Shown here: positions 39,235 through 49,376 of the stretch, piece by piece
Numbering within the stretch: position 1 is the first letter of the stretch
Layout of the letters: every line of letters starts with the position of its first letter
Source of the DNA: Thermococcus sp. JdFR-02
Lineage (GTDB): Archaea; Methanobacteriota_B; Thermococci; Thermococcales; Thermococcaceae
Assembly (NCBI GenBank): GCA_002009975.1
Contig: MTLP01000036.1
Span: 13,563 to 77,562, forward strand
Reading direction: 5' to 3'
DNA: 64,000 bases
Notes under the pieces: generated by a model
The model's database searches: none
Told to the model about the DNA's origin: nothing
Seen by the model: the letters and a program-made list of their open reading frames with translations, nothing else
Position numbers and translations under genes: made by a program

Positions 39235-40284
39235 TTACTTCTCTAGTCTCCCGTATCTCTTCATTATTTCAACGAGCTTATCATGTGGCAAAGCATATCT
39301 TATGTGTCTCTCTCTTCCTTTCACGGTCTTTGCCTGTAGGAGCGAATTTATTACAGCTTCCTCAACCGCTTCAGCTGTTGCTTTAAAAACTCTGCTCAGT
39401 CTTGCATCGTGCAAAGCTTCAATTCTTAGAGGCTCTTTTTGATAGTGAGGAATTTTTTGAGCTGTTGAAAAAGCTAAAACTATATCCCCACTTCCGTTGT
39501 ATGCGTAACCTCCAGTCCTTGCTAAACCTACAATTGCTCTCTTTGCTAATCTATATAGCTGCCTTGATGTTAAAGGCAAATCTGTTGCCACAATCATTAT
39601 TATGCTCCCTTTTCCGCTCTTTCCTCTTCCAGGATAGTCTTTAAGTTCCAATCCAACTGGAACACCAGCAATCGTTAAATCTTCTCTCTTGCCAAAGTTA
39701 CTCAAAACTAAAGCTCCAATGGTGTATTTCTTCCCATCAATCTCAACTATCCTAGAAGAAGAACCAATCCCACCTTTAAACTCAAAAGCACTCATTCCAG
39801 TTCCAGCTCCAACTGCACCTTCCTCAAAATCTTCGCTTGCATTTTTTAATGCTTCAAAGATGTGTTCTTTTTTAACATGCTTTCCTCTAATGTCATTAAG
39901 ATAACTGTCGTTGCACTCTAAGACAAGAGGATTCACGCTCATAACATCCTTATTTTGCTCGAGCATATAATCTGTTAGAGCATCGGCAGCTGTATAAACG
40001 CTCAAAGTGTTTGTTAGTATTATTGGGCTTTCAATAACTCCAAGCTCTTTCACTTGAGTTAAGCCGATTGGCTTTGCATAACCGTTCATGACAAAAGCAT
40101 TAGCTAGGAGCTTTTCTTTGTAAATGTTTCCTTCATGAGGGATTATTGCAGTAACTCCAGTTCTTACAGCCTCGCCTTTAATTAAAGTCACGTTGCCAAC
40201 TTTAACTCCCTTAACATCTGTTATCGAGTTCCTCCTACCATGTTCAAAAACTCCAATTTTGATCCCTAAATCTGGGGCTTTCAT
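39235..40284 (-). CDS. DmpA-family (P1/S58) D-aminopeptidase
   Basis: NSITDVKGVKVG, RTGVT, ECND, GAGTGM, KGGIGSSSR, GSII autocleavage site, SGD. Confidence 0.9.
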   Translation of the reverse strand: MKAPDLGIKIGVFEHGRRNSITDVKGVKVGNVTLIKGEAVRTGVTAIIPHEGNIYKEKLLANAFVMNGYAKPIGLTQVKELGVIESPIILTNTLSVYTAADALTDYMLEQNKDVMSVNPLVLECNDSYLNDIRGKHVKKEHIFEALKNASEDFEEGAVGAGTGMSAFEFKGGIGSSSRIVEIDGKKYTIGALVLSNFGKREDLTIAGVPVGLELKDYPGRGKSGKGSIIMIVATDLPLTSRQLYRLAKRAIVGLARTGGYAYNGSGDIVLAFSTAQKIPHYQKEPLRIEALHDARLSRVFKATAEAVEEAVINSLLQAKTVKGRERHIRYALPHDKLVEIMKRYGRLEK

Positions 40285-40375
40285 GAGAGACACCAAATAA
40301 TAGAAAGTTTACTGGCAATAAAAATACTTCCATAATGGCTAAATACTCCAATACCAATTCTCTTTGGTGATTAAA

Positions 40376-40909
40376 ATGAGCGAAAGTTGGAAGAAAAAGC
40401 TCGGGTTAATTCACATTTACACTGGAAATGGGAAAGGAAAGACAACAGCAGCGTTTGGATTGGCTTTAAGAGCCTTAGGGAGTGGGGCAAAAGTCATAAT
40501 TATTCAATTTATGAAGTCACCAAAAGTTTACGGAGAGCAGATAATGGCAGAAAGAATTGGGATTAAAATCGAATCCTATGGCTTGCCAAAGTTTGTTCAT
40601 AGAAAGCCAGAAAAAGACGACATTGAAGCTGCTAAAAAAGCCTTAAAAAGAGCTAAAGAAGTTATCCAAAGTGGAGAATGGGATTTAGTAATTTTAGACG
40701 AGATCTGTGTCGCTTTAGGCTTTAAAATGCTCGAAGTTGAAGAGGTAAAAGAGTTAATTAAAAGTAAAGCATCAAACACAGAGCTTATTTTAACGGGTCG
40801 CTACTGTCCAGAAGAGCTTTTTGAGTTAGCAGATTATGTCACGGAGATGAGGGAAATAAAGCATCCCTACCAAAAGGGGATAATAGCAAGGAAGGGAATC
40901 GAATATTAA
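40376..40909 (+). CDS. cobO: Cob(I)yrinic acid a,c-diamide adenosyltransferase
   Basis: YTGNGKGKTTAAFG, QFMK, LDE, LTGR, KHPY, GIEY. Confidence 0.93.
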   Translation: MSESWKKKLGLIHIYTGNGKGKTTAAFGLALRALGSGAKVIIIQFMKSPKVYGEQIMAERIGIKIESYGLPKFVHRKPEKDDIEAAKKALKRAKEVIQSGEWDLVILDEICVALGFKMLEVEEVKELIKSKASNTELILTGRYCPEELFELADYVTEMREIKHPYQKGIIARKGIEY

Positions 40910-41033
40910 CTTCCTTGTCTAGGCTTATAATGAGAAATAAAATATCTCAAACCGAAAGATTTTTAGCTGTGAGAATGCAATATAGATTGGCACAGATTTT
41001 AGTAACTAATTCTTATTAAAGGAGGTGATAATG

Positions 41034-41291
41034 ATGAACACTGAGGGGAGGATACAACAAATAGTTCAGGTTCTTAAGGAACAAGTTGTCCAAGATACCG
41101 TTGTTCCAAGAAATATTAGAAGAGCAGCTGAAGAAGCTATAGAAAGGCTATTAGATACAAGTGTTGAGCCCGTGGTTAGGGCTGCTGACGCAATTGCAAT
41201 ATTGGAAGAAATAAGTGAAGATCCAAACATGCCCCTCCACACAAGAACAATCATTTGGGAAGTTCTTGGGGCTTTAGAGCAAATTCAATGA
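41034..41291 (+). CDS. UPF0147-family protein
   Basis: D..VPRNIRRAA, DPNMPLHTRT. Confidence 0.9.
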   Translation: MNTEGRIQQIVQVLKEQVVQDTVVPRNIRRAAEEAIERLLDTSVEPVVRAADAIAILEEISEDPNMPLHTRTIIWEVLGALEQIQ

Positions 41292-41299
41292 GCTTTTCT

Positions 41300-41863
41300 T
41301 TATTTCAGCTTTTGTTTGAGATACCAAATTTTCGCGCTCTCTTCTACCAGTTCTGCTTTATAATAAGCTTCTCTAAGCGACTTTCCAACTGTAACTATGC
41401 CGTGTCTTTCTAAAATTACAGCATCATGCTTTTTCATATATTTTGCAACCTCTTTTGCCAATTCCTCACTCCCCGCAGGCTTAAAAGGAATTATGGGAAT
41501 TTTTTTGAGGTAAATCTCAGCTTCTGGTGTAATTATTGGAAGATCCTCTTTTAGAAGTATAGATGCTGTAATTGAATAGGGTGGATGGAGATGGGCAATA
41601 GCTTTTACATCTGCCCGTTCTTTGTAGGTAAACAAGTGCAATCTCCATTCAGAAGAAGGTCTAACTTCGCTCAATTGTCTTCCCTCTAAATCAATAACTG
41701 AAACTTGTTCCAAGTTCAAATCATCCATAATAGAGCCGGTAGCTTTTATGAAAATTTTATTTCCAAACTTTATGCTTAAATTACCTCCAAAAGCTGCTGT
41801 TAATCCCCTTTCATGTGCTAAATGTGAATATTTAACGAGGAGAGATTTAATTAATCGGCTCAT
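41300..41863 (-). CDS. Class II aldolase/adducin family (FucA-like)
   Basis: GGNLS, PSSEWRLH, HLHPPY, HG. Confidence 0.9.
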   Translation of the reverse strand: MSRLIKSLLVKYSHLAHERGLTAAFGGNLSIKFGNKIFIKATGSIMDDLNLEQVSVIDLEGRQLSEVRPSSEWRLHLFTYKERADVKAIAHLHPPYSITASILLKEDLPIITPEAEIYLKKIPIIPFKPAGSEELAKEVAKYMKKHDAVILERHGIVTVGKSLREAYYKAELVEESAKIWYLKQKLK

Positions 41864-42450
41864 TCTTTATCCTCCTTAACCTTAATCCCAAATCCACAAG
41901 AGCCACAGTAAGCAAAGTCTTCTTTCCAAGCTAAATCATCCGCACCACAGATTGGGCAAACGTTAAGCTTTCCGCTTTCCTTCCATCTTCTACAATTTTC
42001 CCTATCAATAACTAAAACAACGCCTTCTTTCTCTTCTTCAAAATGACCAAGCACGGGATAGCTTTTCAGCTCAAAACTTTTGTCATCAATTATAATGGGC
42101 TCTAAACCAATATTTCCCTCAAACTCAAATTCATTTGCTGGAACAATCTCAACGACAAATGATTCAATCTTCTTGTCATGATAGGTTAAGATCTCCAGAG
42201 CATCACTCAACTCCCCGCTTGAGGATATAATATCAATTATCAAGTGCTCCCTCTTTGGAAAAGTTAGGGTTATGACGAAATTCCCTCTGTGAATTGCCAA
42301 TCCTCTATCTAAGCAAATTTCTTCAAAGTATAGTCCTTTCAAGAACTCCCTAACTTCATCCCCGCTTGGAAGCTTCTTATTCCTAACGATAAACTCCCCA
42401 ATCCATTTAGCCAAAGGAATTGCAAGCATCAAAGGTTCATATATTATCAT
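41860..42450 (-). CDS. Hypothetical protein with C-terminal Zn ribbon
   Basis: CPICG..CGSCG. Confidence 0.75.
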   Translation of the reverse strand: MIIYEPLMLAIPLAKWIGEFIVRNKKLPSGDEVREFLKGLYFEEICLDRGLAIHRGNFVITLTFPKREHLIIDIISSSGELSDALEILTYHDKKIESFVVEIVPANEFEFEGNIGLEPIIIDDKSFELKSYPVLGHFEEEKEGVVLVIDRENCRRWKESGKLNVCPICGADDLAWKEDFAYCGSCGFGIKVKEDKE

Positions 42451-42579
42451 CGAAATCACCATTTAATCTTGAGACTAGGAGTTTTTAAAGTGTATGGATA
42501 CAGCAACAGAAAAAAGCTTGAGATTTCAGGTTCTTCAATTCAAAAGTATATGCAACGTATGGCTTCTTTTTACTACAAG

Positions 42580-42656
42580 GAGCCGATGTAGAAAGAAAGA
42601 GGAGTTAGGAAACAGAATTCCTTTAAGGGAGAAGTAAGAATCCTTCCTCTCCTGCC
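42580..42656. repeat. Short dispersed structured element, copy B (77 bp)
   Basis: Same ends and collinear interior as 31108-31209. Confidence 0.75.
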
Positions 42657-42705
42657 ACCAAAAAACACTTAAATTCTTTAGGCTAAACTAATTTTGGTGG
42701 GTTCG

Positions 42706-43176
42706 GTGGAAATTAGCAAAAGAGAGGAAGAATATTTGGAGGCAATGTACATACTTCACAAAAACAAGGGAATCATTAGGGTCAAGGACATTGCAAGAAG
42801 ACTAAAAGTAAAGCCGCCAAGTGTGGTAGATGCTTTAAAAAAACTGAGTGAAAAGGGGTTGATTCAATACGAAAAGTACGACAGGATTTTGTTAACTGAT
42901 GAAGGGAAGGAAATAGCGGAAAAGGTTTACTCAAAGCATAAGCTCTTAATGAACTTTTTTATAGAAATTTTGGGAATTCCTCCTGACATAGCAGAAGAAG
43001 ACGCTTGCCAATTTGAGCACCACATACACGATATAACTGCTCAAAGAATGAGGGAGTTTGCAAAATATATCCAAGAGCAATGTCCCTATGTTATAAAGCA
43101 GTTCATAAAAGAACATATAGAAAAGAGAAAATCAGAGGACTCCTCCAAGATAGAGGAAGTAGGCAACGAACACTAA
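42706..43176 (+). CDS. DtxR/MntR-family metal-dependent regulator
   Basis: EEYLEAMY, DIARRL.VKPPSV, KHKLL, ACQFEH. Confidence 0.93.
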   Translation: MEISKREEEYLEAMYILHKNKGIIRVKDIARRLKVKPPSVVDALKKLSEKGLIQYEKYDRILLTDEGKEIAEKVYSKHKLLMNFFIEILGIPPDIAEEDACQFEHHIHDITAQRMREFAKYIQEQCPYVIKQFIKEHIEKRKSEDSSKIEEVGNEH

Positions 43177-44454
43177 AGCCAGCACATAAAGCAATGGATG
43201 CACTTCTTTTCCTCTTCCACTTAAAGCCTTAATTATTGCATAGCTTATGAATCCCATTCCAATACCGTCGGCTATTGAATAGGTGAATGGTATTGTTACC
43301 AAAACCAAGAAAGCTGGAATTGCTTCTGTTGGATCATCAAAGTCTACTCCTCTAATAGCACTTAGCATGTAGTAACCTACTATTATTAAAGCTGGTGCTG
43401 TTGCGTAAGCTGGAATTATAGCTGCTATTGGTGAAACTAGAAGACCAATTACTAAGAAAAGCAAACCTGTAACTAAAGCCGTCATTCCTGTTCTTCCACC
43501 TTCTTCAATTCCAGCAGCACTCTCGATGTAGGTTGTAACCGTTGAAGTTCCAAACATTGCACCCATTGTTGTTCCAACAGCATCGGTAAGCAAGATTTTC
43601 TCTGCATCTGGTATTTTTCCATCCTTTGTCAAAAAGCCAGCTTTTGCACTCAATCCAGTTATTGTTCCTAAAGTATCGAAGAAATCAACCATAAAGAAGG
43701 CAAACACAACACCAATTGCTCCAACGTTGAAGAGCCCCTTTAAATCCATCTTTAAGAATGTGTAACTCAGGGTTGGGAGTGCAAAGATTTTCTCTGGTGC
43801 TGGTGTAACTCCTAATACAATCCCAATTATTGTGGTTGTGAGGATTGAAATTAGCAAAGCACCCTTTATTCTCCTAGATATTAGGATTCCAGCGAAGAAA
43901 AGTCCAAATAGTGCTAACCAAAGCTCGGGTGTTTTGAAGTTTTCGACACCTAGGGTTATTAGGGTTGCTGGATGATCAACGACAATTCCAGCTTCTTCCA
44001 TACCAATGATGGTTAGGAATAAACCAATTCCAGCACCGATTGCATACTTTTGAGAAAGAGGTATTGCATGAATTATTGCACTTCTGACCTTTGTTAGAGA
44101 AAGCACTATGAAAATTATACCCTCAACAAAGACTGCCGCTAACGCAACTTGCCAGCTATAACCCATTCCTAAAACAACACCGTAAGTAAAGTAAGCGTTT
44201 AAACCCATTCCTGGCGCTAAGGCAAAGGGCTTTTTCGCATACAAAGCCATCATTATCGTTGCTAGTCCAGCGGATAAAGCCGTTGCAGTGACTAAAGATG
44301 GAACAGCTTCTTTTCCAATTGCATCACTTAAAATCGCTGGGTTTACAAAAAGAATATATGCCATTGTCATGAAAGTTGTAATACCTGCCAAGACCTCTGT
44401 TCTCATGTCCGTGCGATGCTCATCAAATTTAAAATATTCTGAAAACCAGCTCAT
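43132..44454 (-). CDS. NCS2/AzgA-family purine permease
   Basis: GITTFMTMAYI..NP, APGMGLNAYF, ESAAGI..GGRTG. Confidence 0.93.
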   Translation of the reverse strand: MSWFSEYFKFDEHRTDMRTEVLAGITTFMTMAYILFVNPAILSDAIGKEAVPSLVTATALSAGLATIMMALYAKKPFALAPGMGLNAYFTYGVVLGMGYSWQVALAAVFVEGIIFIVLSLTKVRSAIIHAIPLSQKYAIGAGIGLFLTIIGMEEAGIVVDHPATLITLGVENFKTPELWLALFGLFFAGILISRRIKGALLISILTTTIIGIVLGVTPAPEKIFALPTLSYTFLKMDLKGLFNVGAIGVVFAFFMVDFFDTLGTITGLSAKAGFLTKDGKIPDAEKILLTDAVGTTMGAMFGTSTVTTYIESAAGIEEGGRTGMTALVTGLLFLVIGLLVSPIAAIIPAYATAPALIIVGYYMLSAIRGVDFDDPTEAIPAFLVLVTIPFTYSIADGIGMGFISYAIIKALSGRGKEVHPLLYVLALVFVAYFLYLGGVL

Positions 44455-44535
44455 TTTCACACCTCCTTAATTGACTTAAACTTGTTTAAAATTGAGAAAT
44501 ATTTAAGCTTTTTCAACAAATTTTTGTTAATAAAC

Positions 44536-45555
44536 TCATTTAAGAACAGTGATGTCCTTTGGAAGAATCTCTATTTTAATGACATCTGGCATGGCATGAA
44601 CCTCAAAAGGAAGCTCATTTAAGAAGCGTTCTGCAATAATCTCCTGCCCACTAATTTCCAATTTAAGCCTAATTCTCCCCGGAAGGAGTTCATACCCAAT
44701 AACCTTTGCTGGTATGCCCTCTTTAGATATTAAAACACTTTCAGGTCTGAAGAATATCTTAGCCTTTCCCTCTCTGGTCGTTTCAACTTTAAGGAAGTAA
44801 TCATCAACAAAGGCTTTCTTGCCTTTAATCTCAACCTCAAGAATATTTGAGAGACCCAAAAACTTAGCAACAAATTCTGTCTTTGGCTTGTAGTAGAGCT
44901 CCAAAGGTTCTCCTACTTGCTCAATTCTACCAATGCTCATTACAGCGATTCTATCGCTTATTGCCATTGCTTCCTCTTGATCATGGGTAACGTAAATGGT
45001 CGTTATTTTAAGTTCTCTCTGAATCCTCTTTATTTCCCCTCTAAGCCTTTCCCTAATTTTTGCATCCAAGTTTGAGAGGGGCTCGTCTAAAAGGAGAAGC
45101 TCAGGTTCAATTACCAAAGCTCTCGCCAATGCAACCCTTTGCTGTTGCCCACCACTAAGCTGCTCTGGATAGCGATTCTCAAAACCACTCAACCCTACAA
45201 GTTCCAATGCCCATTTCACCTTTCTCTTTATCTCTTCCTTAGAAAACCCTCTCATCTCAAGACCAAAGGAGATGTTTTTAAACACCGTCATGTGAGGAAA
45301 TAAAGCATAGTCTTGAAAGACAATCCCAACATTCCTCTCATAAGGAGGGATTTCATTCACAACTTTATCATTAAATATAACCTCCCCCTTATCAGGCTTT
45401 TCAAATCCAGCAATTATCCTTAAGGTGCTTGTTTTTCCGCAGCCGCTTGGCCCTAAGAGAGTTAAGAATTCGCCTTCTTTAACCTCTAATCTATTAATCT
45501 CTAATTTAAAATCCCCCTGAATCCAGAGAATATTCCTCAGCTCAACCTTCACCAT
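44536..45555 (-). CDS. ABC transporter ATP-binding subunit (Fe3+/thiamine/polyamine family)
   Basis: GPSGCGKT, LSGGQQQR, LLLDEP, HDQ. Confidence 0.93.
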   Translation of the reverse strand: MVKVELRNILWIQGDFKLEINRLEVKEGEFLTLLGPSGCGKTSTLRIIAGFEKPDKGEVIFNDKVVNEIPPYERNVGIVFQDYALFPHMTVFKNISFGLEMRGFSKEEIKRKVKWALELVGLSGFENRYPEQLSGGQQQRVALARALVIEPELLLLDEPLSNLDAKIRERLRGEIKRIQRELKITTIYVTHDQEEAMAISDRIAVMSIGRIEQVGEPLELYYKPKTEFVAKFLGLSNILEVEIKGKKAFVDDYFLKVETTREGKAKIFFRPESVLISKEGIPAKVIGYELLPGRIRLKLEISGQEIIAERFLNELPFEVHAMPDVIKIEILPKDITVLK

Positions 45556-47174
45556 ATCTCCTCACCAATCCTCTCGATTATTATAAAGCTGATAGCACTT
45601 ATTACCATTAGGATAACCGAAAGAGCAGAGGCACTTCCCCACTGACGGGCACCTAAAAAGCGGTATATCGCTATCGTTATTGTTGTGTACTCTGGTTGGT
45701 AAAGCATGTAAGTTGCCCCCAATTCAGCAATACTCATTGCAAAAGCGAAGATCGCTCCAACTATAATTCCACCTAAAGCTAAAGGAAGCTCAACCCTTAG
45801 AAATGCTTTCCATTCCTTTGCTCCCAAACTTAATGCTGCTTCCTTTAAATTGGGTCTTATTTTCTTTAAAACTGCTGAAATTGCTCTCAGCACAAAAGGA
45901 TATGCAATTATAGTGTGAGCAAAGACTATTAGATACCAAGTTCCCAAAAGCTCTAAAGGCGGTTTGTGGAAAGTCCTTATGTAACCTAAACCTAAAGTTA
46001 TTGCTGAAGAACCTAGGGGGAGCATTACCAATGTGTCAAAGATGTTTTTGCCTTTAAACTGCCATCTATGAAGGACATAAGCTACAATTAAAGCTAAAAG
46101 CGTTGAAAGAATAATGGTTGTAAATCCAAATAGGAGGGAGTTTCTAATGGCTATCATAGTGCTTGCACCAAAAATTGGGTTGTATCTTTTGCTGAAGACT
46201 CTTCTATACCACTCCAGACTAAAAGTGCCTTGGTAGATAAGAGAATCATACAAAACTGCCAAAAGAGGCGAAATTATAAAGATAAAGACTATCAAAGAGT
46301 AAAAAATTATTAAAAGTCCCCTAAGACTTAGCAATTCCTTAAAATCAAGCTTTTTTGGAGTTCTAAATATTCTCTGCTCTTCAGCTTTTGCATACAAATC
46401 AAGGCTCTTTATGTAGAAGTACATAAAAATAAAGCTCAGGGTTATTTGGATTATCGCTAAAGCAGAGCCGACCTTGAAGTTCAAAAGGGTCATTATTGAG
46501 GTAAAGATATCAACCTCTATCGTTGCATATTTGTAACCGCCTAAAATCAGAGGAATTGAGAAGCTTAAAAAGCAGAAGATGAAAGTTAACATTGAAGATG
46601 CAAATATGCCCGGCATGAGCATTGGGAGTGTGACTTTTCTAAAAAGTGTAAATCCCCTGGCACCTAAGCTCATAGCCATCTCTTCATAGTGAGGATTCAC
46701 GCGTTGCCAAAGGGAAGAAACCATTCTAACAACAACTGGAAAGTTGTAAAAAGCGTGAGCTAACAAGATGGCTTTCCAATTATAGAGTATCTCCAAATCT
46801 CTTCCAATTAGTTGAGTAAAGAAGCCTTGCTTTCCAAAGAGCAAGATAAAGCCCAAAGCAACCATAATGCTTGGCATGACAAATGGGACCGTTAATATTG
46901 CTTTTAAAAATCTCTTTCCTGGAAATTCGTATTTAGCAAAGATATAAGCCCCTGGAAGACCTAGGATTAGAGTTAAGAGTGTAGAACCCAAAGCTTGCTT
47001 TATTGTAAATAGAATTATCCCCCTGTGATAACTGCTAGAGAGAACTTCTATGAGATATTTTAGGGTAAAACCATTGTCCCAAAGCCCTTCATGGATTATG
47101 CTCACCAAAGGGAGGTAGAAAAATAGCGTCAGGAAGATTAATGGGAATATAAGGATTATTTTTGCACCTCTCAT
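45549..47174 (-). CDS. ABC transporter double-domain permease (ThiP/FbpB-like)
   Basis: Two EAA loops (EEMAMSLGA, KEAALSLGA). Confidence 0.88.
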   Translation of the reverse strand: MRGAKIILIFPLIFLTLFFYLPLVSIIHEGLWDNGFTLKYLIEVLSSSYHRGIILFTIKQALGSTLLTLILGLPGAYIFAKYEFPGKRFLKAILTVPFVMPSIMVALGFILLFGKQGFFTQLIGRDLEILYNWKAILLAHAFYNFPVVVRMVSSLWQRVNPHYEEMAMSLGARGFTLFRKVTLPMLMPGIFASSMLTFIFCFLSFSIPLILGGYKYATIEVDIFTSIMTLLNFKVGSALAIIQITLSFIFMYFYIKSLDLYAKAEEQRIFRTPKKLDFKELLSLRGLLIIFYSLIVFIFIISPLLAVLYDSLIYQGTFSLEWYRRVFSKRYNPIFGASTMIAIRNSLLFGFTTIILSTLLALIVAYVLHRWQFKGKNIFDTLVMLPLGSSAITLGLGYIRTFHKPPLELLGTWYLIVFAHTIIAYPFVLRAISAVLKKIRPNLKEAALSLGAKEWKAFLRVELPLALGGIIVGAIFAFAMSIAELGATYMLYQPEYTTITIAIYRFLGARQWGSASALSVILMVISAISFIIIERIGEEIW

Positions 47175-47459
47175 TGCAACCGTTATTATTGGGTTATGTG
47201 TTTTTATAAATGCTTAGTTCTGCTTAGAGCCCTAAAAGTGATGGACGTTTTTGACCCATGATGTACATTCTTTGCTTATATTCCAAATGAATACACATGA
47301 AGTAAAGTATATAAACACCTCTCATCAATACACCCCAGTGATGTATGAGCTTGATTTCACGTATATAAATTTCATCAAAAATGTTTCGGGGGATAGAAAT
47401 TCAAATTGAATAATGTTTCAAATCCAAGGTGGATTAAAGAAGATTTGGGGGAATAATCA

Positions 47460-49376
47460 ATGGCGGATCTAATATTATTAGTCCCAGCTGGAATATTAAT
47501 AGCTACACTGTTGTTAGGACTTGCTGGAAAGGGGAGAACATCTCTCTACTTGAGCAACATTCTCTCAGCAATTTCCTCATTGTCAATCTGTTATGTAGCG
47601 TTTTTAGGTTTTAAGAAGAGCTTAGAACTGAAATTCCAAATATACAGCTCATCTTCAATAGTGTCCTCACTAAACTGGCTCATCTTAAGGGTTGATTCAC
47701 TCTCCGCATTTTTCCTTTTGATTTTGGGGGTTTTGGGATTTTGTGCCTCTCTCTATGGCATAAAATACATGGAGCACTATTTAAATAAGGGGAATGTTAA
47801 AGCCTACAACTTTAACTACCCAATCTTTCTCCTAACAATGTATCTTGTCCTAATATCTTGGGACCTACTTTGGTTCATAATCTTCTGGGAGTTAATGTCG
47901 TTCTTTTCCCAATTCCTAGTTGCATTTGAAAGAAGCAATGAAAAAGCCATTAAAGCTGCTTTCAAATACTTCTACATGACAAAGGCTGGAGCAGAGTTCT
48001 TAGTTTTAACAATAGTAGCTGTGACATTAAAGGTCACCAACTTTAATGCAAATTATTCTGAGATTGCAAGACTATTGCCTCTCTATCTACAAAGCAATCC
48101 ATCAACCCTCTATTTCTTAACTTTCGCTTTATTGATTGGATTTGGAGTTAAAGCTGCTATGATTCCCTTACACTCTTGGCTCCCAGATGCTCACCCTGAA
48201 GCCCCAAGCAACGTTTCAGCTTTGCTTAGTGGCGCTATGATAAAGCTTCCAATTTATATGCTCTTTAGGTTCTTTTTGACTTTCTTCCCCAAGGATACAA
48301 GCATAGGACTAATAATTGCTTTCTTTGGCGCAATAACGTTGTTTTTCAGCATAATGTACGCTTTGCTTCAAGATGATTCCAAACGTTTACTTGCCTTCTC
48401 AAGTATTGACAACATAGGTTACATTCTCTTACCCTTTGGCGCTGGATTATACTTAATCGCCATAGGAAACGAGTTTTTAGGAGCAGTTGCCTTGATTGCA
48501 TCGCTTTACCACACGATAAACCACGCATTTTTCAAAGGATTGCTCTTTTTAACAGCTGGTTCAGTTGCTTATGAAACCGGGAGCAGAGACTTGAATTACT
48601 TAGGTGGACTAGCAAAGCAAATGCCCTTAACGGCTTTTACAGCTTTAATAGGATCTCTATCAATAGCAGGAATGCCACCTTTAAATGGATTTGTCAGCAA
48701 ATGGCTTATCTACGTTTCAACTCTTTCAACTCCAGCAACTTCACTCTTTGGAATAATAGCTCTCTTCATAAGTGCCGTAACTTTAGCAGCTTTTGTTAAA
48801 TATTTCACAACAATATTTACAAGACCTCCCTTAGAAGAAATCAAAGCTAAAGAAGTTCCTTTCCTAATGTGGAGCTCTCAAATGCTTTTAGCATTACTAT
48901 GTATTCTCTTTGGTGTTTATCCATTCTTACCCCTTAAACTCACCAGTTCAGCCTTAAATTCAGTTGGAGTACAAATCGAATTAGCTAAGCTTACGATATT
49001 TCCATCAATAGTTGTTCCAAAAACTGGAAGCTTTTCACCAATCATAATATTCGCCTTCCTACTTATCGCAACAGCAATCTTGGTCTTACTGATCCCAACA
49101 AGGGGCAAGGAGATGTCAACATGGAGCTGTGGAAGCAAAGAAAAGCTTAATGCAAGAATTCCTTCGAATGCCTACTATATGGACTTTAAAGAAGAATTTA
49201 GCGAAGTTTATAAGCTTGGTGACTCAAGCAAAGCCTTAATGGAAAAAGCTCTGAAATTTGGAAGAAAGCTTGGATTGAGGTTTGAAGTTCTATCTTACAA
49301 TTTAGACTCAATGCTCTTTGGTGCAATGCTCCTGATAGTTCTTTTAGTAATTCTTTTAGGAGGTGTTAGCCTATGA
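47460..49376 (+). CDS. Hydrogenase proton-translocating antiporter-like subunit (HyfB/HycC-like)
   Basis: WELMS, HSWLPDAHPEAPSNVSALLSG, KRLLAFSS, NHAFFKGLLF, PPLNGFVSKW. Confidence 0.92.
   Translation: MADLILLVPAGILIATLLLGLAGKGRTSLYLSNILSAISSLSICYVAFLGFKKSLELKFQIYSSSSIVSSLNWLILRVDSLSAFFLLILGVLGFCASLYGIKYMEHYLNKGNVKAYNFNYPIFLLTMYLVLISWDLLWFIIFWELMSFFSQFLVAFERSNEKAIKAAFKYFYMTKAGAEFLVLTIVAVTLKVTNFNANYSEIARLLPLYLQSNPSTLYFLTFALLIGFGVKAAMIPLHSWLPDAHPEAPSNVSALLSGAMIKLPIYMLFRFFLTFFPKDTSIGLIIAFFGAITLFFSIMYALLQDDSKRLLAFSSIDNIGYILLPFGAGLYLIAIGNEFLGAVALIASLYHTINHAFFKGLLFLTAGSVAYETGSRDLNYLGGLAKQMPLTAFTALIGSLSIAGMPPLNGFVSKWLIYVSTLSTPATSLFGIIALFISAVTLAAFVKYFTTIFTRPPLEEIKAKEVPFLMWSSQMLLALLCILFGVYPFLPLKLTSSALNSVGVQIELAKLTIFPSIVVPKTGSFSPIIIFAFLLIATAILVLLIPTRGKEMSTWSCGSKEKLNARIPSNAYYMDFKEEFSEVYKLGDSSKALMEKALKFGRKLGLRFEVLSYNLDSMLFGAMLLIVLLVILLGGVSL

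Noticed and set aside
44536-47174. ABC transporter lacking a binding-protein gene
   Set aside because: The binding protein may simply be encoded elsewhere; cannot be judged from one window
47175-47459. SurR (GTT-N3-AAC) or TGM site upstream of the hydrogenase operon
   Set aside because: Only imperfect matches (GTTTCAAAT; CATCA-N11-TGATG); not called
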